From positions 124,001-188,000 of the forward strand of contig JANHCV010000006.1 in the NCBI GenBank assembly GCA_025594325.1: a stretch of DNA of 64,000 nucleotides. The letters are read 5' to 3'. The DNA is from Blastocladiella emersonii ATCC 22665. Taxonomy: Eukaryota > Fungi > Blastocladiomycota. Position 1 is the stretch's first letter. Each line of letters starts with the position of its first letter. The notes under the pieces were generated by a model. The model ran no database searches, was not told where the DNA came from, and worked only from the letters and a program-made list of their open reading frames with translations. Positions 58,044 to 64,000 of this stretch are shown here, one piece after another. Made by a program: the position numbers and the translations under genes.

Positions 58044-58856
58044 ATGCAATCGAATGCACCCAACCCAAACCACGACCCCCTCGTCGAGTGGGGCGCGTAC
58101 CGCATGCCCGCGTCCCTTGCCCGCATTCTCAACGGCCAGGTCGCCCAGATCGACGCCCTCACCCAGGAGCGCGACGACCTGCTCCGCCATTGTCATGTCC
58201 AGCAGCAGACCATTGAAAAACAGGAGAATGCGCTCGATGTGATTCGGACGCAGCGCGACTACTACTTCAAGTTCTTCGCGGCGACGCCGCCCACTCCTGC
58301 TCCCGCTTCTCGGACCACCACCACGTCGCGCGCTGCCGCTCAGCGGCCAGTTCTAGCTGCACCACTTGCTCCTCAACCTGCGGCTCGGTCAGAGGACGCA
58401 GCCGTCATTTGCCACGAGATTCGGAACAAGAAGCACAAACAGATGGAGGTGCGATCGCATCGTCCTGCGTGGACCGAAAACCACGGCTTACTCACACTTT
58501 TACTCGTGCCCTCCTCCGTTCCGCCCGCGTACAAGGCGATCACCGAGTCAAGCAAGAACTGGATCCGCAGCAACGTGCACGACCCACGCCTGTACGGCGA
58601 GGGCGACTGGGAGGAGGTGGTTGATGCGGGCTACCACGCCGTGGTCCAGGACATTTTGGACACGTACGGCGACGAGTTCGACATGGACGGCATCCGCTGG
58701 CGGCGCATGTACGTCGAGACCAAGGCCATCATTCTGTTTGGTCGCATCATCGAGGCTGAGCGCATCCGCGTTGAGTACGGCGTTCGCAGCAAGTATCCCC
58801 CGCTCACGCAGCCTGCGCCGCCCGAGCTGCTCCAGCAGTTTGGGTACAGACAGTGA
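58044..58856 (+). CDS. Hypothetical protein: N-terminal coiled coil + unrecognised C-terminal domain (probable in-frame intron 58449-58535)
   Basis: Open frame with host codon usage; C-terminal domain duplicated at 59064-59594. Confidence 0.65.
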   Translation: MQSNAPNPNHDPLVEWGAYRMPASLARILNGQVAQIDALTQERDDLLRHCHVQQQTIEKQENALDVIRTQRDYYFKFFAATPPTPAPASRTTTTSRAAAQRPVLAAPLAPQPAARSEDAAVICHEIRNKKHKQMEVRSHRPAWTENHGLLTLLLVPSSVPPAYKAITESSKNWIRSNVHDPRLYGEGDWEEVVDAGYHAVVQDILDTYGDEFDMDGIRWRRMYVETKAIILFGRIIEAERIRVEYGVRSKYPPLTQPAPPELLQQFGYRQ

Positions 58857-59063
58857 TCCGCACTCAAGTTTGCGTGATTGGTTGCGTGGCATTGCGTTGC
58901 GTCGCATCGCCGAATCGCTTGCACAAGGAGCCTCCCAAAACGAACGACATAAGGAACGAAGCAATATCAAACTCATATCTTTGTTTTTACACTTATCAGA
59001 CTTGACGGCAATGACGGACGCGTTTGATGCTCGCTGAGCACCTTTCTGTCGTTTTTTCCACCT

Positions 59064-59594
59064 CAAAACCCGCCGCTGCGCCCCAAGCACGTCTTTGCTC
59101 CTGCGCCATCATCCGTCCCTGCACTTTCGCCCAAGGAGCTCGAGAATCGTGTCTGCAACGGAAAGCACAAGCAGATCGATGTACCATAGGCGCGCGCGCT
59201 GCCCATTGGCCCGCAAGGACCACGACTTGCACCAGGGCCGCCATGTCTCTGGAAACAGGAAGAGATCACGGTTGAGAGCGAGCACTGGATCCGCGGTGCC
59301 GTACACGACCCGCGGCTGTACGACGAGGACGATTGGGAGGCGCTGATCGCGCGCGGCACGGAGGCCGTGGTCGAGGACATTTTGGAGACGTTCGGCACCG
59401 TGTTCGACATGGACGGCGTGCACTGGACGGCCAACCTCATCGAGATCAAGGTCGCCAAGCTTCTGCGGCGCATCCTCGAGGACGAGCGCAAGCGCATCGA
59501 GTACGGGCTCCCTGCCAAGGGATCGCCGCTCACGCAGCCGGCGCCAGAGGATTTGATAAGGGAGCTTGAGGAGGAGTTTGGGTACCGGTATTGA
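59064..59594 (+). pseudogene. 5'-truncated tandem paralogue of 58044-58856 (intron ~59181-59257)
   Basis: KHKQID|EEITVESEHWIRGAVHDPRLYDEDDWE...VEDILETFG..FDMDG...ER.RIEYG...PLTQPAPE aligns with the upstream copy; no in-frame ATG after the stop at 59025. Confidence 0.65.
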
Positions 59595-60413
59595 TCTGCG
59601 CGGCCGAGATGGTGATGGGGTATTGAAGATTGCGCCAGCTATGCCGCGTAAACTAGCTTAGTACTGATCATAGACATACGTTTCCTTTAATACGTTTTGA
59701 GAGAGGAACACCATGCTTGTCTTAAAACGAATCTCCCCCCCCCCCCCTAGGTCTTGCTTATTTGCGAGTGAACCTGCTCGCAACTTGGACGCGGCGATGA
59801 CGCTGTGTGTCTCAGAGGGTGTGAGCGAGTGCGTCGCCAGGTCTCTTTTCGATGAGCGCCAATCGCCGCGCGCAAAGTGTGGGACGGGTCGCGTCGCGTC
59901 GCGTCCCCAGTCCGCACGGAATCTGAAGTCCCGCATGCGCACTTCTCCCGGTCTGACTGCGCTACTCCAGTCTGAATAGCGATTTCTGAGTGTCTATTCA
60001 TAGGCAGACTGGATTGTCTCGCCGGCCCGGTCTGAGCGGACTCGCGAAATAATGTCTCGCAGCAGTCACATGATTGATCGACGCGTCGCGTTTCGACTTG
60101 CATGGTCACTTTTGCGACTGCGTCATAAGAAAACCTTGAGCATTGCGACCAATTGGAGGTTGGAGCGTCGAAACGCGTGATGTAAATCTGTTTGGCAGCG
60201 AGGGAGGGCTATGTGGTGAGGAAATTTGCAAGCGACAAGCCCACCAGCTTCCAGCAGCGGATGTGAAATGTTGCACGCTGCATGTCGCGGAGGGTGCGGG
60301 CCTTCTGAGGCAAAACGAGATGTATATTTTTGAGGAGCGGTTGCATTTAGAAAGGTGATCGGATTGCGCGCTCGTTGGTGTGGATGGATGTAACATGATG
60401 TGGGTTGGCTAAT

Positions 60414-62687
60414 CTAGCCACTCAAGTTCAGATGGACCTTCTTACATTCCTCTGGGTTGGCCAAAATCCAAGCTACGAAGGCCCTGGTCCATTCGCACTT
60501 GAGCTTGCACTCTTCTTCAACCTTGGCCAAAAGATCGTGAAAGTCGCTGTCAGCATTGGGAACCGGATTATCCCATAGTTTGCCTTTAAAGGACATAACC
60601 AAGTCTCGCTCAATAAACCGAGAATTGTCGATCTGGGCGAACATCCGTTGAACTGCAGATTTGATTGCTTCAAAGAATCCCTTGTGCGGCCATGAGAGAT
60701 CCACAACTCCGTTTTCGAAGCGGGCAAATTTACCGGGTTCGGAATGATTATCAGCGATGTCAGGCAGGGGAATGCAATTCTCAAGCTTTTCCTCGAGCCG
60801 CGTCTTTTCAGCGGAAAGCCGATCAACGTCGCCCTTGAGTTGGGCGACCGCCGCGTTCGCGCTCTCAAGTTTGGCGTTGGTTGCGTCCCGCTCGTCGCGA
60901 AGCTGCTTGAGATCGTGGTCGCGCTCGCGGCGGACCTGGCTAAGCTCTCCACACAAACCCTCGAGCTCCGTGGCAGTTTTGGCGACAAGGCGTTCGGCTG
61001 TGATCGCACGGGCGGAGAGGGCGTCCCGTTCAGTCTGAGAGTTGGATTGGGCGCAAAGGGCACCGTCACGGGCCGCTGTCGCGGCAGCGAGCTCGGTGGC
61101 AAGGGTGCAAGCGCGGGACTCGGCGGCAGCGAGGCGCCGCTCCGTCTCGTCGTGCGAGGCACGCAGCGAGGAAAGCGCCGTACGAGTTTCAGCGAGCTCG
61201 GCGATGATGGACTCGAGTTGCGCGGCGGCCGAGTCAAGCTGCTGCGAGAGCTTGGCGTTCACGGCGTGCGATTCGGCAAGATCCGTGGTAAGCTTGGTGT
61301 TGCTAGCCTCAGAAGCGGAGAAGCGGTCAGAAAGCTGAGCGTGGTCGGCGCGCAGGTTTTCGATGGTCGCGCTGTGGTCGGCGACCAGCTGCTCGGCCGC
61401 GGTTGCGCGTGTTGAGAGCGCGTCGCGTTCGTCACGCGTCTCGGCATGGGCGCGAACGGCACCGTCACGGGCCGCTGTCGCGGCAGCGAGCTCGGTGGCA
61501 AGGGTGCAAGCGCGGGACTCGGCGGCAGCGCGGAGCCGCTCCGCCTCGCTGTGAGAAGCGCGCAGCGAGGTGATCGTGGAGCCCGCTTCCTTGAGTTTGG
61601 CGAGAGCGGGCGCAAGGTCGCTGGTAGCCGAATCGAGCTGCTGAGAAAGCAAAGCCTGCTCGGCGCGGGCATTGGCAAGCTGCGCGGTGAGCTCGGTGAC
61701 CTGGGTGGAAAGCGCGTCATCCTTGGCCGTGGAAGCAGAAAGCAGCTGGGAGACGCTAGCGTGGTCGGCGCGAGACGCGTCAAGCTCAGTCGAGGTCGTG
61801 TTGAGATCAGCTGCAAGCGTTGCAGCATGGGACTTGGTCGTGGCAAGCTTCTCCATAGTCTCGGCCAACGCCGCCTTGGTCGCGACAAGCTCAGTCGTCG
61901 CCAAGTCGCGGTCGGCAAGCGCGGCGGCGTGCTGGGCCCGAAGCGTGTCGTACGCCGCCTTGAAGTGCAAGGCACGGTCCTCGGCGGTCTGGCGCACGTT
62001 GAGAGCAGCCTGGCGGTCGCGGAGGGCGACGTGAAGCCGGGTCTCCAAGTCGAGCTTTTCGGACGTAAGCGTGTCGCGCGAAGCATTGTTGGACTCGTTG
62101 CGAGCCATGAGCGCGTCCCGCTCGTCGTCGCGTTTCCGCTTCAGCTCGCGCCGCTGCTGCCGCTCGCTGGCGACCTCGGCGGAAAGCTGGCTGATGTCGA
62201 GACGCATCTTGCGGCGCTCCTGGGTGTGCGTGCCCCAAAGCTTCCGAAGCCCACCATTTTCGACAGCATCGACGTGAGGTTGGGCCGGAGGAGCTGGCGA
62301 ACGTTGATGATGGTGAGCATGGCCGGGACGATGAAAATGCATCTGCGGCTGCGGCTGCGGCTGCGGGTACAGAAGCTGTTGCTGCTGGAGCTGCTGGTTA
62401 CGGAGAGCTGGAGCGGAAGCGGAAGTAGAAGCAGATCTGCTTCTAGAAGAAGCAGGAACAAAGTCGGAAACAAAAGTCGTGGACTGGCGGAGAGGCGAAT
62501 GCGTGTTCGGTGCGTGGGTAGAAGGGAGAAGCGGAGGCCGTTGAGCTTCAACTCGGTACAAGCCGGTTGGAAGGTCGTCCGCGTCAAACTTGGCAGACAA
62601 GTGCTGCTGGGGCGCAGGCCGCGGCAACTGCGGCCGGCGCGCCGTTGCATCCGATCGCGGCTGGTGTTGACCGCCGGGTAGATTCAT
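60414..62687 (-). CDS. Long coiled-coil protein with unique C-terminal domain (757 aa, intronless)
   Basis: Q/P-rich N-terminus, about 450 aa of heptad-rich helix with an internal duplication, then a distinct globular-looking tail. Confidence 0.75.
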   Translation of the reverse strand: MNLPGGQHQPRSDATARRPQLPRPAPQQHLSAKFDADDLPTGLYRVEAQRPPLLPSTHAPNTHSPLRQSTTFVSDFVPASSRSRSASTSASAPALRNQQLQQQQLLYPQPQPQPQMHFHRPGHAHHHQRSPAPPAQPHVDAVENGGLRKLWGTHTQERRKMRLDISQLSAEVASERQQRRELKRKRDDERDALMARNESNNASRDTLTSEKLDLETRLHVALRDRQAALNVRQTAEDRALHFKAAYDTLRAQHAAALADRDLATTELVATKAALAETMEKLATTKSHAATLAADLNTTSTELDASRADHASVSQLLSASTAKDDALSTQVTELTAQLANARAEQALLSQQLDSATSDLAPALAKLKEAGSTITSLRASHSEAERLRAAAESRACTLATELAAATAARDGAVRAHAETRDERDALSTRATAAEQLVADHSATIENLRADHAQLSDRFSASEASNTKLTTDLAESHAVNAKLSQQLDSAAAQLESIIAELAETRTALSSLRASHDETERRLAAAESRACTLATELAAATAARDGALCAQSNSQTERDALSARAITAERLVAKTATELEGLCGELSQVRRERDHDLKQLRDERDATNAKLESANAAVAQLKGDVDRLSAEKTRLEEKLENCIPLPDIADNHSEPGKFARFENGVVDLSWPHKGFFEAIKSAVQRMFAQIDNSRFIERDLVMSFKGKLWDNPVPNADSDFHDLLAKVEEECKLKCEWTRAFVAWILANPEECKKVHLNLSG
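61059..61530. repeat. 73-bp identical direct repeat, 399 bp (133 codons) apart
   Basis: 61059-61131 = 61458-61530 (GGCACCGTCACGGGCCGCTGTCGCGGCAGCGAGCTCGGTGGCAAGGGTGCAAGCGCGGGACTCGGCGGCAGCG), encoding AAAESRACTLATELAAATAARDGA. Confidence 0.9.
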
Positions 62688-63069
62688 TCGCTACGTTGCT
62701 GGATGTCCTGGTGGAGAGAGAGAGAATGCGAGCGCCTGGTTTGTTGGGCCTTGTTGTCCCTGTGGCGACAAGGAGGTGTCGCCACACCACGCACTTCTGC
62801 AACTGAGGCCCGATCAGCCGCCGTGGGCGTCAACGCCACAGCGTTTCAGCGCAGCGCGGGTGTAAATTGGACGCGTGATGGTCCGCGTGATGGCCAGCGT
62901 GATCCCTGCGTCAGTCACGTCAAGAAGCGTCGCCCCGCCTCTCTCACTAACAACATTCACCGCTTGAACGAACGCACAGGAGTTTGAGCGTCGGATAAAT
63001 TTTGGTGGGAGCGAACAAAAAGGTGTATAATGGACAAAGGACAAAAAGAGCGAATTGCGACAGCAGCTA

Positions 63070-64000
63070 TCAACGCGGTGCGGGCATACCAGGATGCTCG
63101 GCGTGAAACTGGGCGATGCGCTCTTCGAGCCCAGGATTGCCATCCTTGAGCTCGTCAAACGACTTCCACGCCCTGTTCTTGTTTCCCTGGCGCAGGACCT
63201 GGTACTCGATTGTATTGCGCGACCCGTTGGAGTTGTATCTCCAGCGCGACTGGAAGATTATGTCGATAACGTAGTGGGTTGGGTTGGGCCGAACTCGCTT
63301 ACGGCGAGTAGGAAAAGGCGCATCATTGGGCGCCTGCGACCGCTCAAAGCCCGTGCGTCTGATTCGGGCCAGGAACGACTCCCTTTCAGGGTCCGAGTCT
63401 GAGTCTGATTCAGATTCAGACTTCGACTCTGGGCGCGGGCGCTTCGCCGCAGAAGTAGATGATGAGGCGGATGCATCGACGCGAGCAGGGGCTGCCCTGG
63501 GCAAGCAGAGCTGGAGAGAATCAAGCTGGCCCTGCAAGTCGGCACGCGCAACGCGCTCCTGGTCAAGTTCCGTCGCCTGGCGAGCAAGTTGGGCCGTAAG
63601 CTGATCGTGCGCCGCAGTGAGGCGAGCCGTGTCCTCCTCCTTGCTCTTCGGCCGCGTCTCTATGTCGCGAAGCTCCAAGTCAAGGCGAGCGCGTTGGGCG
63701 GCGAGGTCCTCGCGCGCTTGGTCGCGGTCGCGCCTGCACTCGGCAGCTTCGAGTCCAAGGGTATCGCGCTCGTCCGTGAGACGCAAAGCGGTCGCAGAAA
63801 GCTTGTCTCGCTCAGCGACGGCGCTAGCAAGCTCGGCAGTAAGCGCAAGAGCCTTGGCCTTGGCGTTAGCGAGCTGCTCCGCCGTCTTGTGGTGGTCCGC
63901 CAGCAAACGTGAATGCGTCGACTCGGACTCGGTTACACGAGTATCGGCAGCCTCGAGCCGTCGTGTAAGGTCGGAGCAGCTGGCGCGCGAAGCATCAAGC
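63070..64000 (-). CDS. Coiled-coil protein with C-terminal chromodomain (5' end beyond window)
   Basis: Frame stays open to the window edge (LDASRA... as in 60414-62687). C-terminus YVIDIIFQSR...IEYQVLRQG...AWKSFDEL...IAQFHAEHPGMPAPR is chromodomain-like. Confidence 0.7.
   Translation of the reverse strand, partial: LDASRASCSDLTRRLEAADTRVTESESTHSRLLADHHKTAEQLANAKAKALALTAELASAVAERDKLSATALRLTDERDTLGLEAAECRRDRDQAREDLAAQRARLDLELRDIETRPKSKEEDTARLTAAHDQLTAQLARQATELDQERVARADLQGQLDSLQLCLPRAAPARVDASASSSTSAAKRPRPESKSESESDSDSDPERESFLARIRRTGFERSQAPNDAPFPTRRKRVRPNPTHYVIDIIFQSRWRYNSNGSRNTIEYQVLRQGNKNRAWKSFDELKDGNPGLEERIAQFHAEHPGMPAPR

Noticed and set aside
59735-59747. C13 homopolymer as a possible TE terminus
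   Set aside because: No matching end, TSD or associated ORF seen.

Overview
GC-rich eukaryotic genomic DNA with many short spliceosomal introns (about 57-95 nt; GTRCGT/GTGAGT-type donors, CTRAC branch points, YAG acceptors). Flagellar genes (RP2, CFAP77) point to a zoosporic fungus, probably Blastocladiomycota-like; this is an inference. Conserved genes recognisable by motif are SAS10/UTP3, an SMN homologue, RP2, UBR7, an F-box/LRR protein, FMP25-like RCC1, TRM3/TARBP1, a DUF4470 protein, a DOMON-cytochrome b561 protein, GCP5, ARG4 and CFAP77. These alternate with accessory islands of tandem paralogues and decayed sequence. Most notable: (1) a Scm3/HJURP-type CENP-A chaperone with an expanded AT-hook repeat array, next to a frameshifted chimeric paralogue; (2) an intronless, TATA-driven AIG1/GIMAP-like GTPase with a hydrophobic hairpin between coiled coils; (3) a UBZ4 + PIP-box + MgsA_C-like protein with no ATPase; (4) an intact Merlin/IS1595-transposase-derived ORF lacking the DDE core; (5) paralogous coiled-coil genes with swapped C-terminal modules, one a chromovirus-type chromodomain; (6) a tandem F-box-like cluster with a gene-conversion tract and a ~300-bp inverted-repeat element. 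All family assignments come from motif recognition by eye; no database searches were run. No tRNA, rRNA or CRISPR array was seen.
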